NCBI GenBank assembly: GCA_031413715.1
Contig: JANOFO010000011.1
Coordinates: forward strand, 18,903-82,902
Direction of reading: 5' to 3'
DNA: 64,000 nt
From: Minisyncoccota bacterium
GTDB taxonomy: Bacteria > Patescibacteriota > Minisyncoccia > Phycocordibacterales > UBA9973
Shown here piece after piece: positions 37,209-46,477 of this stretch. A model generated the notes under the pieces. It was not told the origin of the DNA. It saw nothing but the letters and a program-made list of their open reading frames with translations, and did not search any database. The translations under genes were made by a program, and so were the position numbers. The stretch's first letter is position 1. Every line of letters starts with the position of its first letter.

Positions 37209-37359
37209 AAATTGAGTGCTGGGAATTTCGACTCTTACAGAGTCAGTGTGCCTTTTCAATTTGCTAACGCAAATAATGAAAAGGTTTTCGAATCCCGGAC
37301 ATACGCAAAGTAGTTTGCGTATCACCCCTACAATACCACGCCAAAGCGCGGTCTTGTTG

Positions 37360-37432
37360 TCGGGGTGCCGGGATTCGAACCCGGAGTCGCCTGTTCCCAA
37401 AACAGGAATGTTAGCCGTTACACCACACCCCG
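37360..37432 (-). tRNA. tRNA-Pro (anticodon UGG), no encoded CCA
   Basis: Acceptor CGGGGTG/CACCCCG, anticodon stem CCTGT/ACAGG loop TTTGGGA, T-arm CCGGG-TTCGAAT-CCCGG. Confidence 0.8.
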
Positions 37433-37490
37433 AAAAATAAACTTCCGCAAAAATACTCACCTATAGTAGCATACTTTTACTTAAAAACAA

Positions 37491-37895
37491 TTATAAAATC
37501 ACATTTTCTATAGTTCTGACTCGTGCTGTTTTATTCTTAATATCCAAATAAACGAGGATAACATCGAACTGCCAAGAGGTGTTCCCTATTCTTTTATGTA
37601 TCAAATATGTCTGGATTGTCCTTGAGAGACGTTTCATCTTCCAGGGATGCATGTTCTCTTCTGGTCTTTTGATAAATGGGTTTTCATCTTTAAAATCAGG
37701 AAGTGCAACACAAGAAACAGATTTGACCTCTACGAAGTACAACTTCCCTTCTTTTTCTGCAATTATATCTATTTCACCCCATTTTTTCGTGTAATTTCTC
37801 TCTAATATGGTGAAATTATGTTTCATGAGAAACTTACAGGCTATATCTTCGCCTAACTGTCCTACTTTTTGAGAATTTGAAGTAAAATTCTTCAT
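37491..37895 (-). CDS. yraN: YraN/UPF0102-family endonuclease
   Basis: GQLGEDIACKFLMKHNFTILERNYTKKWGEIDIIAEKEGKLYFVEVKS matches the UPF0102 signature. Confidence 0.75.
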   Translation of the reverse strand: MKNFTSNSQKVGQLGEDIACKFLMKHNFTILERNYTKKWGEIDIIAEKEGKLYFVEVKSVSCVALPDFKDENPFIKRPEENMHPWKMKRLSRTIQTYLIHKRIGNTSWQFDVILVYLDIKNKTARVRTIENVIL

Positions 37896-38156
37896 AAGTG
37901 TTTCACGTGAAACAGTTAATTATTTATCGGACATATATTTGAATAGTAAATTCTGTCCTTCAAAAATTACCATTATATTGTAAGTCTATTTTTAATAAAA
38001 ATCAATATGCCTGTATTTTGTAGCTTTAGTAAAGAAGTGTCTTTTATCAACAATGCACACATAGTTATCCACAAAAATCTTAATTTAAAAGGTTTTTAGT
38101 AGGGGATAAAAGACGAATAACGGTCACATTGAGATTGAGTATCAGAGACAAAATTG

Positions 38157-38227
38157 TGCGGCGTAGGAGAATCGAACTCCTGTCTCATCCTTGGCAAGGA
38201 CGTGTTCTACCACTAAACCAACACCGC
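38157..38227 (-). tRNA. tRNA-Gly (anticodon GCC), no encoded CCA
   Basis: Acceptor GCGGTGT/ACGCCGC, anticodon loop TTGCCAA, T-arm AGGAG-TTCGATT-CTCCT. Confidence 0.8.
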
Positions 38228-38327
38228 ATTAAAACATGCCAATTATAATATTTTTATTTAAATAAAGCAATTATTTCTTCGGAATTTAGTTGTTTTTCGA
38301 AGAATTTTGTGGTAAGATAGTTTTGCA

Positions 38328-38771
38328 GTGAAAAAGTGCACTAGATGTAAAAAAGAAAAGCCTGTAGAGGAATTCAATTTTAAAATCAAGAAAACAGGAT
38401 TACGGCAATTACAATGCCGAGAATGTACTCGCTTATTAATTAAAAACCATTATAATACAAACAAGCAGTATTATTTATTAAAAGCAAGAAAGCGTAATAA
38501 AATTTTGCGCGATGAAATTAACCTTTATATATATGAGTATTTATCAAGAAATCCTTGTGTAGATTGCGGGGAATCAGATGTTGTCGTTCTAGAGTTTGAT
38601 CACATGGGAATAGTCCCAAAATTAAATACAGTCTCCTTCTTAGCAAGAGTACATCGTCCGATAAATGAGATACAAGCAGAAATGGATAAATGCGAAGTTA
38701 GATGTGCTAACTGTCATAAAAGAAAAACCGCAAGAGATTTTAAATGGTTTAAAAATAATATGCGCCCGTAG
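38328..38771 (+). CDS. HNH endonuclease with N-terminal zinc ribbon; 3' end overlaps tRNA-Arg
   Basis: CTRCKK...CRECTR ribbon; CVDCGESDVVVLEFDH...CANCH HNH core; stop codon TAG at 38769-38771 lies inside the tRNA acceptor stem. Confidence 0.7.
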   Translation: MKKCTRCKKEKPVEEFNFKIKKTGLRQLQCRECTRLLIKNHYNTNKQYYLLKARKRNKILRDEINLYIYEYLSRNPCVDCGESDVVVLEFDHMGIVPKLNTVSFLARVHRPINEIQAEMDKCEVRCANCHKRKTARDFKWFKNNMRP

Positions 38772-38834
38772 CTCAACGGATAGAGCATTTGTCTTCGGAA
38801 CAAAAGGTTGGGGGTTCGATTCCCTCCGGGCGCA
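38762..38834 (+). tRNA. tRNA-Arg (anticodon UCG)
   Basis: Acceptor GCGCCCG/CGGGCGC, D-arm GCTCAACGGATAGAGC, anticodon stem TTTGT/ACAAA with loop CTTCGGA, T-arm GGGGG-TTCGATT-CCCTC. Confidence 0.85.
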
Positions 38835-38846
38835 CCCAAGTTTCCT

Positions 38847-40418
38847 ATGAAACTATCTATAGACAACAATCTAATACCCTCATATGTTACACATGTAACA
38901 GAAACGCTTGAAAAGGGCGGTTTTGAGGCTTTTCTTGTAGGTGGTTGTGTTCGCGATCTTATTATGAGTAAAGTACCAAAGGATTGGGATATAACTACTA
39001 ACGCCACTCCAAATCAGATAATAGCCTTATTTGAAAAGACAGTGTATGAAAATACTTATGGAACAGTAGGGGTAGTAGTGGACGTTCCACCCGCCGACGG
39101 AGTACCTGTGTCGGACAGGCATGAAACAGAAGAAACTGTTATTCGTGAAACGTTTCTAGGGGCTAGTAGTAAAGAGTTTAAAGCTATTGTTGAAGTTACT
39201 CCATATAGAATTGAGGCAAAATATAGCGATTTTAGACACCCCGACGAAGTCAGGTTTAGTGATAGCATCGAGGACGACCTTAAAAGACGTGATTTTACTA
39301 TGAATGCCTTGGCATACAACCCCTCTAAAACGTCCATTATTGACCTCTATAAAGGACAAACAGACATAAAGGACAAAGTGGTCAGAGCAGTGGGCAACGC
39401 CTCAGATAGATTCAATGAGGATGCATTGCGTATGCTTCGAGCAGTCAGATTTGCAACACAACTTGGCTTTGCGATTGAGTACGATACCATGCAAGCAATT
39501 GTTGATAATTCTGAACTTCTAAAGAATATTTCAGGAGAAAGAATCCGAGATGAATTCGTAAAAATTATTGAATCTAAAAACCCAGCAATGGGAATTGGTA
39601 TGCTTTCAAAACTTGGATTATTGAAATACATAATTCCGGAGCTTGAAGAAGGAATTGGTAATGAGCAAGGCGGGGCACATATATACGATGTTTTCGAGCA
39701 CTGTCTCCAGGCACTTGATCATTCTGCCAACAAAGGATTCTCAACAGAAATCCGTCTGTCAGCGCTCTTTCATGATATCGGCAAACCCCGCACCAAAAGG
39801 CTGCCGCCTTTGGTACGGGGCAAGCCTCTTAAACCAACATTTTATGGCCATGAAGTCGTGGGAGCAAGGATGGCAGGCAAAATAATGGAGCGACTGAAGT
39901 TCTCAAAGAAAACTACGGATCTAGTCGTTTCTCTTGTTCGCAACCACATGTTTTTCTCTGATACGGAACAAATCACGCTATCTGCAGTTCGACGCATTGT
40001 ACAGAAAGTAAGAAAGGAGCATATCTGGGAACTTATGCAGATACGCGAATGCGATCGCGTCGGCATGAAGAAAAAAGAAGCGCCATATCGTCTGCGTAAA
40101 TATCATGCCATGATCGAAGAAGTACTCCGCGATCCGATCTCCGTCGGCCAGCTCGCAATCGACGGGGAAGTGATGATCAAAGAACTCGAAATGAAACCAT
40201 CTCGCCGGATGGGATGGATCTTGCATGCGCTTTTAGAAGTTGTACTCGATGATCCGAAAAAAAATACAGTAGGATATCTAAAAGAAAAAGCGCTTGAGCT
40301 CGATAAACTTACTGAGAAAGAATTAGAAAAACTTGGTGAGGCTGGAAAAGAGAAGAAGGAAGAACTTGAAGAGGAAGAAGTGGCAAAAGTCCATGCCAAG
40401 CATGGGGTAAAAAAATAA
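38847..40418 (+). CDS. cca: CCA-adding tRNA nucleotidyltransferase with HD domain
   Basis: FLVGGCVRDLIMSKVPKDWDITT polymerase-beta head; LFHDIGKP HD motif; start at ATG 38847 just after the tRNA. Confidence 0.85.
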   Translation: MKLSIDNNLIPSYVTHVTETLEKGGFEAFLVGGCVRDLIMSKVPKDWDITTNATPNQIIALFEKTVYENTYGTVGVVVDVPPADGVPVSDRHETEETVIRETFLGASSKEFKAIVEVTPYRIEAKYSDFRHPDEVRFSDSIEDDLKRRDFTMNALAYNPSKTSIIDLYKGQTDIKDKVVRAVGNASDRFNEDALRMLRAVRFATQLGFAIEYDTMQAIVDNSELLKNISGERIRDEFVKIIESKNPAMGIGMLSKLGLLKYIIPELEEGIGNEQGGAHIYDVFEHCLQALDHSANKGFSTEIRLSALFHDIGKPRTKRLPPLVRGKPLKPTFYGHEVVGARMAGKIMERLKFSKKTTDLVVSLVRNHMFFSDTEQITLSAVRRIVQKVRKEHIWELMQIRECDRVGMKKKEAPYRLRKYHAMIEEVLRDPISVGQLAIDGEVMIKELEMKPSRRMGWILHALLEVVLDDPKKNTVGYLKEKALELDKLTEKELEKLGEAGKEKKEELEEEEVAKVHAKHGVKK

Positions 40419-40445
40419 CCCGCGCGTTGTACACGGGTTATTTTA
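40417..40445. terminator. Hairpin aacccg-(11 nt)-cgggtt followed by ATTTT after cca
   Basis: Seen directly. Confidence 0.5.
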
Positions 40446-40876
40446 GTAAAGAAAAGTCTACTCTTCTTCAGACTGATCAGCGTGGATAGATTCATCCCCC
40501 AACTTCTCTCCTGTCTTTTCTGCTACAACTTTTTCGTTGTTGCGAATTTCAGAATCATCTAATGGAAGTAATAAAACTTTTTCCTTCTTTGGCTTTTTTT
40601 TCTTGTTTCTGGGCATGGGCAGTAAATTTAAATGAAAAATATATTGAGAAAGAATTTCCTAATAAAAGGATCTGTCAAAGACTTAGATATATTTTGACTA
40701 ATCCTTCTTTTTTTCTTTTTGGAGCTTACATAAATACATGAAGATTGAACCTGCAATAATAAAGCAGATAACAGCTCCGATAGGTTTCCAGTCCATTTCA
40801 ATAAGATTTGAATCGATCATATCATATTTATTGTCTATGGTATACTGATAAATATTAAGAATAAGAATTTGAAATT

Positions 40877-41368
40877 ATGATCACAAAAGAACAATACATA
40901 GAAGCGCTCGTGAATGAATTTCGCATTATAAAGCACTTGGCCGAAAAAGTGAAGCCAGAGCAACTCTCGCATAAGCCGACGGAGAAGCAGCGGACAACCA
41001 ACGAACTGCTTCATTATTTGACTCATATATTTAGCGCTGGAGTCGATGGGGTAGTAAGCGGGGACGCGGATGCATGGAAAAAGCATTTCGGGAGTCCAGC
41101 ACCAACGCTCGAAAATTTCGCGGAGCTCATAGACAAAGAAGAAAAAGAAATAAGAGACATGCTTGCACCACTTACAGAAGATGATCTTGCAAAGGAAATC
41201 GCCATGTGGGGTATGACTCAGAGCCGGGCACTTCACCTCCTTGGACTCCTCAAGATTGCATCAGCATACAAAATGCAGTTATTCCTTTATATGAAACAAT
41301 CGGGTACCGAGAATATCGGCACGATGAATCTCTGGGCTGGTATGGATCAACCACCAAAAGCAAATTAA
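40877..41368 (+). CDS. Hypothetical helical protein (possibly DinB/YfiT-like four-helix bundle)
   Basis: 163 aa; family assignment weak. Confidence 0.5.
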   Translation: MITKEQYIEALVNEFRIIKHLAEKVKPEQLSHKPTEKQRTTNELLHYLTHIFSAGVDGVVSGDADAWKKHFGSPAPTLENFAELIDKEEKEIRDMLAPLTEDDLAKEIAMWGMTQSRALHLLGLLKIASAYKMQLFLYMKQSGTENIGTMNLWAGMDQPPKAN

Positions 41369-41371
41369 ATT

Positions 41372-41403
41372 AAAATCCCTCCGACCTAGGTCGGAGGGAT
41401 TTT
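41372..41403. terminator. Perfect 32-bp palindrome aaaatccctccgacc-ta-ggtcggagggatttt between convergent genes (bidirectional terminator)
   Basis: Seen directly. Confidence 0.7.
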
Positions 41404-41406
41404 AAT

Positions 41407-43104
41407 TTATACAAATTCCTGTTGGTAGCATTTTTCGCAGTAGACAGTCTCGGGTCGATCAGGAGCAAACGCTGTTGTGATATCGGCATTGCACTTTGCG
41501 CAGTTTCTTTTCCAGAGGTGTGGGGGATTGAGTCTATCGAAACGAGCCTTCTGTCTGCACTGTGGACAAAAATGGGGAATGGGTAAAGAAAGCTTAATCA
41601 AGAGATTCAATTCATCAGGAATTATTTTGTAAGCTCGTGAACAATGTGAACACGAGATCACTTCATTAGTGATAGAGGAGGTTGTGTTCTCTATGATATC
41701 AGGAAGAGAGGATGCATCTATAGTGGTTGTGGTTGTAGGATTTTCTGTCTCACTCCATCTATATCCTTGCGCCAATATATCTTCTTTGGCTTTCGGAAAG
41801 AACCTCATAGCATTAGATTTATTATATGGAAATTTACTTATCTCAGGTGGGAAGAACTCTCCGTAAGGAAAATTTCGTCCTTGTGCATCTATATATGTAT
41901 TCTTCTTCATATCCTCGATAATCTGAGCTTTTAGTTTCTCAAATTCCTCTTTAAAATATTCTTTATTTAAAATACAATATGATTTTCTTTTTAAATTAAC
42001 ACAGCCAAAATTATTTTTCCCAGAAATATTCCAGATGCAGTACTGCAGATTAAATACATCTGGCCAACATTCCAAAGAAAAGTAAACAGAGTCAGTATTT
42101 TCACCAACAGTCACACTTTCATATATACTAGTTGCATTATTGCCCCAACCCGAATAATCTACGCAGTCTTTTGCAGGCTTCACCGTGATAAACTCACATC
42201 TTCTACAATCTTCCGCGCCACTGCAAATATACATATTTTCTGAATTTTTGGACTCGTATGTGTATTCTCCTGTGACATTTAAATTCAAGGAGTTGCCGCT
42301 ATACTCTCGATTTGGTTTTGTGAGCCAAAACGCCCTTGAAGTCTTTTTTAATTCTTGCAATTTTTCCCAAGAATCAAGACCCAATTCCTTGAGCTTTTCT
42401 GCGTATTCTTCTTTAGAATATTTCACATTGAAGATAGAATAAGATTCTCCGCGTAGATTTACACATCCGACACAATTAGTGCAGTTGTAGCAATTACGTG
42501 AGAACCATACATCGACACAAGTATCACATTCCTCGGAGAAGAAAGTCTGGTAGCATTTATTAATTCCGATTGATTCATAGCAGAGTTCGCAATCCAGTGC
42601 GCGCAAACAATCAGCACTATATTTTACAGTATTTAAAAGTGAAGAATAATAAACATTGTCACAAAAATCAGCCCAAAATATCAAGTAACAATCTTTAGAC
42701 CATGCGAGGGCATTGGCGTAATTACAATTTTTATTACTTATATAAAGACTCGTCAGAGCAGAGTAGGGAGTCTTGTTGGTAAGTTCTTTTACCTGTTCTA
42801 GGAATGGACGTGTTGGGTCATAGTCCATGCCGTATTCAGTGCCATCCCAATCATCTTTCCACCAACATGGTTGGCAGTAGATGCTCATTTTTTCTTCTGG
42901 TGAATACACAGAGAGGGTTTTATCGCCGCATTTATCACAATTGCGCCAACTTAAATTCCAGGTATTTTGAAATGCGAAGCGTCTGACAAGTCGGCACTCC
43001 GGACACCATGTCGGGTAGGGAACATTGATCTTCTTATAGTAAAGCTGATCGCGTTCATCAATACCGAAATCTTTTTTACAATTCTGACAGCTTCTTGTTT
43101 CCAT
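41407..43104 (-). CDS. Large Cys-rich protein with paired zinc-ribbon (CxxC...CxxC) modules at both termini
   Basis: 565 aa, ~50 Cys; N-terminal CQNCKK...CPECR, CDKCGDK...CQPCW; C-terminal CSHCSR...CPQCRQ, CAKCNAD...CEKCYQ; internal duplicated Cys-spaced segments; paralog begins at 63887. Confidence 0.7.
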   Translation of the reverse strand: METRSCQNCKKDFGIDERDQLYYKKINVPYPTWCPECRLVRRFAFQNTWNLSWRNCDKCGDKTLSVYSPEEKMSIYCQPCWWKDDWDGTEYGMDYDPTRPFLEQVKELTNKTPYSALTSLYISNKNCNYANALAWSKDCYLIFWADFCDNVYYSSLLNTVKYSADCLRALDCELCYESIGINKCYQTFFSEECDTCVDVWFSRNCYNCTNCVGCVNLRGESYSIFNVKYSKEEYAEKLKELGLDSWEKLQELKKTSRAFWLTKPNREYSGNSLNLNVTGEYTYESKNSENMYICSGAEDCRRCEFITVKPAKDCVDYSGWGNNATSIYESVTVGENTDSVYFSLECWPDVFNLQYCIWNISGKNNFGCVNLKRKSYCILNKEYFKEEFEKLKAQIIEDMKKNTYIDAQGRNFPYGEFFPPEISKFPYNKSNAMRFFPKAKEDILAQGYRWSETENPTTTTTIDASSLPDIIENTTSSITNEVISCSHCSRAYKIIPDELNLLIKLSLPIPHFCPQCRQKARFDRLNPPHLWKRNCAKCNADITTAFAPDRPETVYCEKCYQQEFV

Positions 43105-43107
43105 ATA

Positions 43108-43704
43108 TTAATTCATCTTTACTTTAATTATTCCAGTATTATTTTCGCTCGATAAATATCCTGTCCACTTTTCTAATTCTGGTACCTCTATAGAAAGCGG
43201 TATCTCTGGTTTAGTAAAAACGACAATACTTTCAAAAGATTTTTGTAGTATCTCTGCCTTTGCTACACACATATCAATATTGCCCGAAAGGACAAGCTTG
43301 TTTAGATCAAGGCATACCTTAAACACATCCTGGCCAAATGCTTCGATATTCTTAACAAGAATCACTCTTTCATCTATATCTTCCAGCTCTTTAATCGCCT
43401 CGATAAATAAATTCTCATTGCCGCTATCGAGAATCAAGACCTCGCTATCCTTGTTATATTTTAAATCTTCGATTGTGCTAGCAAAAGTTATTTTAGAATG
43501 ATCAGGTCCAATCTGTTCGAGAAAGTTATCCTTGGCCATAGGAAATGCAGTAAAAAATAATATCTTGGAACCTGCTCGAAAAAGCTCTGCTATGAGGCTT
43601 ACAGTAAAATGAGAACCTCCAGACTTCTCTCCATAGATAACTAAGTATGGCAGATCTTGTTCGGTTATTTTATAAGCCCCATTATTGAGTATAATTTCAT
43701 TCAT
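43108..43704 (-). CDS. RecA/KaiC-like P-loop-fold protein with degenerate Walker A, translationally coupled to the Cys-rich gene
   Basis: LVIYGEKSGGSHFTVSLIAELFRAGSKILFFT resembles KaiC/RadA-type ATPase core but GEKSGGS lacks the GK[ST]; 3-nt gap to upstream gene. Confidence 0.5.
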   Translation of the reverse strand: MNEIILNNGAYKITEQDLPYLVIYGEKSGGSHFTVSLIAELFRAGSKILFFTAFPMAKDNFLEQIGPDHSKITFASTIEDLKYNKDSEVLILDSGNENLFIEAIKELEDIDERVILVKNIEAFGQDVFKVCLDLNKLVLSGNIDMCVAKAEILQKSFESIVVFTKPEIPLSIEVPELEKWTGYLSSENNTGIIKVKMN

Positions 43705-43757
43705 AAGTTTATCTTAACAAAAAACTAAAGAAAAGACTTGTAAATATCTATTAAATA

Positions 43758-44510
43758 TTAACCCAGTTCAAGCTCCTGTTCAACTTGGTTTACAAATTCG
43801 AAAAAAGATTTATCTTTTTTTAACTGGTGGCTCCGTGGTCTTGAAAAAGGGACATCAAATATCTTTTTTATTTGGGCGGGTCGCTTAGACAAAACAACAA
43901 TCTTATCAGATAGGAAAGCTGCTTCAGCAACATCATGAGTAACAAATAAAACGGTCATTTTCTCTTTCTCCCAAATTCGAGTCAAGAGCTCTTGCATTTG
44001 AGATCGAGTTTGTGAATCAAGAGAACCAAATGGTTCATCCATAAGTAGGATTTTGGGTGTATTGGCTAGAGCGCGCGCAATGGCTACTCTTTGCTGCATA
44101 CCTCCGGAAAGATTCTTTGGGTGCGCAGTGCTGAAGTCTTTCAATCCTGTCATTTCAAGATAATGATCAAGAAGTTCTTTTTTATTCGCTTCTGAAAAAT
44201 CTTCCTTTAGATTAAGGCCAAATAATATATTATCTTCTACTGAGAGCCAGGGGAAAAGAGAGAAGTTTTGAAACACCATGCCTTTTTCTTGACTAGCACC
44301 TATCGTTTCTTTTTCATCAATAAGAATCGACCCGCTATTTTTTTCGACAAGACCGGAAACAAGACGCAAGATTGTGCTCTTGCCACAGCCGCTCGGTCCG
44401 ACGATTGAAATAAACTCCGAATCTCCAATTACCAAATCAAGGTTCTCAACAGCAAGAATTTGTGATTTTAAATTCGTATATTGTTTTGTAAGATTTTTAA
44501 TTTTAAGCAT
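43758..44510 (-). CDS. ABC transporter ATP-binding protein (NitT/TauT family)
   Basis: Walker [10 protein letters not shown], signature LSGGMQQRV, Walker B LLMDEPF. Confidence 0.9.
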   Translation of the reverse strand: MLKIKNLTKQYTNLKSQILAVENLDLVIGDSEFISIVGPSGCGKSTILRLVSGLVEKNSGSILIDEKETIGASQEKGMVFQNFSLFPWLSVEDNILFGLNLKEDFSEANKKELLDHYLEMTGLKDFSTAHPKNLSGGMQQRVAIARALANTPKILLMDEPFGSLDSQTRSQMQELLTRIWEKEKMTVLFVTHDVAEAAFLSDKIVVLSKRPAQIKKIFDVPFSRPRSHQLKKDKSFFEFVNQVEQELELG

Positions 44511-45279
44511 ACGATTTGTCTGTCCAAGGGAATAATATTCTTGAGCTAATCTTAAAAAGATAATCTGTTAGGATCCCAAGAAAACCGATAACGACGATTC
44601 CCGCGAAAATATTATCTACTCTTAAAAATCTTTGGGACTCGATCATGAGATGCCCCAGACCAGAGGATGAACCAACTATTTCTGCGATAATGACGAATGT
44701 CCAAGCAGCCCCGAACATGATCCGGAAGGAATTCCAAATTGCAGGCATGGAGTAGGGAAGAATGACTTTCCATACAATATCGCTTTTTGTAGCACCAAGT
44801 GTCAGAGCCGCTTCCACAAGCTCTTTTCGGGTAGAGTGGACCGTATCCGCAATGAGAAGGGTCAAATATGGCGCGACGGCTAGTAAAATCAGGGTAATCT
44901 TTCCCATCTCCCCAATTCCACACCAGATAATGATAAGTGGAATAAAAGCAGAAGGTGGAACATAGCGAACAAATCCAATGATCGGTTCAATTGCCGATTC
45001 AGATTTTCGTGATATACCAAAGAGCATGCCGAGCGGCAACGCAATGAAAACAGAGAGGGTAAAACCTATGACAATTCTAAAGAGACTTGCCCCTATATCT
45101 CCAAGTAAATTTCCTTGCGCGAACAACGTTACGATGGAAGTAAGGACAGAGGCCGGTGATGGTAGAAAAAATGACGGGACAATATTGAGGGAGTAGATAA
45201 TCTGCCAAACAATTACAAAAGCGAGTCCTCCGGCAAAGGATAAAAGTAGATATTTGAGTTTTTCTCGTTTTGTTTCCAT
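44503..45279 (-). CDS. ABC transporter permease (NitT/TauT family)
   Basis: 6 TM; EAA-like loop ...AALTLGATKSDIVWKVILP. Confidence 0.85.
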   Translation of the reverse strand: METKREKLKYLLLSFAGGLAFVIVWQIIYSLNIVPSFFLPSPASVLTSIVTLFAQGNLLGDIGASLFRIVIGFTLSVFIALPLGMLFGISRKSESAIEPIIGFVRYVPPSAFIPLIIIWCGIGEMGKITLILLAVAPYLTLLIADTVHSTRKELVEAALTLGATKSDIVWKVILPYSMPAIWNSFRIMFGAAWTFVIIAEIVGSSSGLGHLMIESQRFLRVDNIFAGIVVIGFLGILTDYLFKISSRILFPWTDKSYA

Positions 45280-45286
45280 ACATTAA

Positions 45287-46279
45287 CTACTTGTTTAAAG
45301 ATTTCAATAGTGAATCATCAATAATAGAATTCGCGGCAGTAGATTTTCTAATCAATCCAAGTCTCTGCCACAGTGCACCTGCCTGATCAATCACATGATA
45401 AATGGAAGTATCACCTTTAGAGAAATATTTCATATTATCCTCATACGTTGTCCATTTAAATGTTGTCATCTGATCGACAACATCTTGCTTATTTAAATTA
45501 AAACCTTTCGCTATTATTTCGTATGATTCGTCAGGATGTGAAACTACGTAATCCATAGCAGTAAATACTCCTCGCATAAACGCTTTTACATCTTCAGGGC
45601 GATTTTCTACAACCTCTGCTCTCCAAATAGGACCACCAGGTAGTATTGGTAAATTCTTTGAAGACACAAGAAGGTGGCCACCTTCTTGATCAGTTGATTT
45701 CGAGAGCCATGGTTCCCACGTAACAGCTGCATCGACTTTTCCGGCTACAAAAGAAGCTCCTGCGTCAGCTGCACTTTGATTAATCGTTTTTATCTCAGAA
45801 GCATCAATGTGGTTTTGATCAAGTAAATATGAAAGGAGTAGGTGAGAAGGTGAGCCGGTTTCATATGCTATTGTTTTGCCTTTCAAATCTTCGAGGGTAT
45901 TGATCCCTTTTTTGACAACGATTCCGTCCGCTCCATCAGAGACATCATTAAGAGAAACAATTTTTATTGGAACTCCCGCATCAGCTAAAATCTGGACAGT
46001 TTCAGGCGTCCAACTTGTTATTGCATCGACTTTCCCCGAGGCAAGAAGCTGTTTTGCAATAGTATTTTCATCAGTTTGCTCAAGTTCAACGATGACTCCT
46101 TCTTTTTCCCAGAAACCCTTTTCTTCCGCGATAAAATATATACCACTACCAATCCAGGTGTTAAAGCTAATGCGCAACGGTTCTTGAGTTATTCTTTCTT
46201 CCGGCCGATTAAATATAAAAATTCCTACTCCGAGAAGAACAATAATACTAACTATGATCAAAATATATTTATTATTCAT
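45287..46279 (-). CDS. ABC transporter substrate-binding protein (NMT1/SsuA/TauA-like)
   Basis: Signal anchor plus periplasmic-binding-fold sequence; operon with permease/ATPase. Confidence 0.75.
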   Translation of the reverse strand: MNNKYILIIVSIIVLLGVGIFIFNRPEERITQEPLRISFNTWIGSGIYFIAEEKGFWEKEGVIVELEQTDENTIAKQLLASGKVDAITSWTPETVQILADAGVPIKIVSLNDVSDGADGIVVKKGINTLEDLKGKTIAYETGSPSHLLLSYLLDQNHIDASEIKTINQSAADAGASFVAGKVDAAVTWEPWLSKSTDQEGGHLLVSSKNLPILPGGPIWRAEVVENRPEDVKAFMRGVFTAMDYVVSHPDESYEIIAKGFNLNKQDVVDQMTTFKWTTYEDNMKYFSKGDTSIYHVIDQAGALWQRLGLIRKSTAANSIIDDSLLKSLNK

Positions 46280-46477
46280 TTATTTTAGGCTGTTTTAAGT
46301 AATGCTCGACATTTTGCTATTTATATGAAGAACATTATGCACTGAATTTTATAAATAGTCAATAAATACTACATAAGAAATAGTAAAAATACTTATATTT
46401 TAAAGAGTTTTTTGCGTAATTAGAATATTTTCGTCAGAAATATTGACATTTATGAGAATTAAAGATAGCATAGGAGA

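Noticed and set aside
37209-37359. A third complete tRNA between tRNA-Gly and tRNA-Pro
   Set aside because: T-arm-like and acceptor-like fragments are present but the anticodon loop cannot be closed to 7 nt and no acceptor pairing exists; treated as remnant only.
38714-39007. Minus-strand ORF containing GGNRTPNLLFRRQMLYPLSYG
   Set aside because: Classic artefact of translating the antisense strand of a tRNA gene (here tRNA-Arg); overlaps tRNA and cca.
40458-40617. Apparent small Lys-rich minus-strand ORF (MPRNKKKKPKKEKVLLLPL...) downstream of cca
   Set aside because: Careful codon-by-codon reading shows an in-frame TGA after 19 codons. The longer reading came from dropping a base, and no alternative frame gives a plausible start.
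40698-40796. 32-aa hydrophobic minus-strand ORF (MDWKPIGAVICFIIAGSIFMYLCKLQKEKKKD)
   Set aside because: No recognizable promoter or terminator and very short; kept out of the feature list as unsupported.
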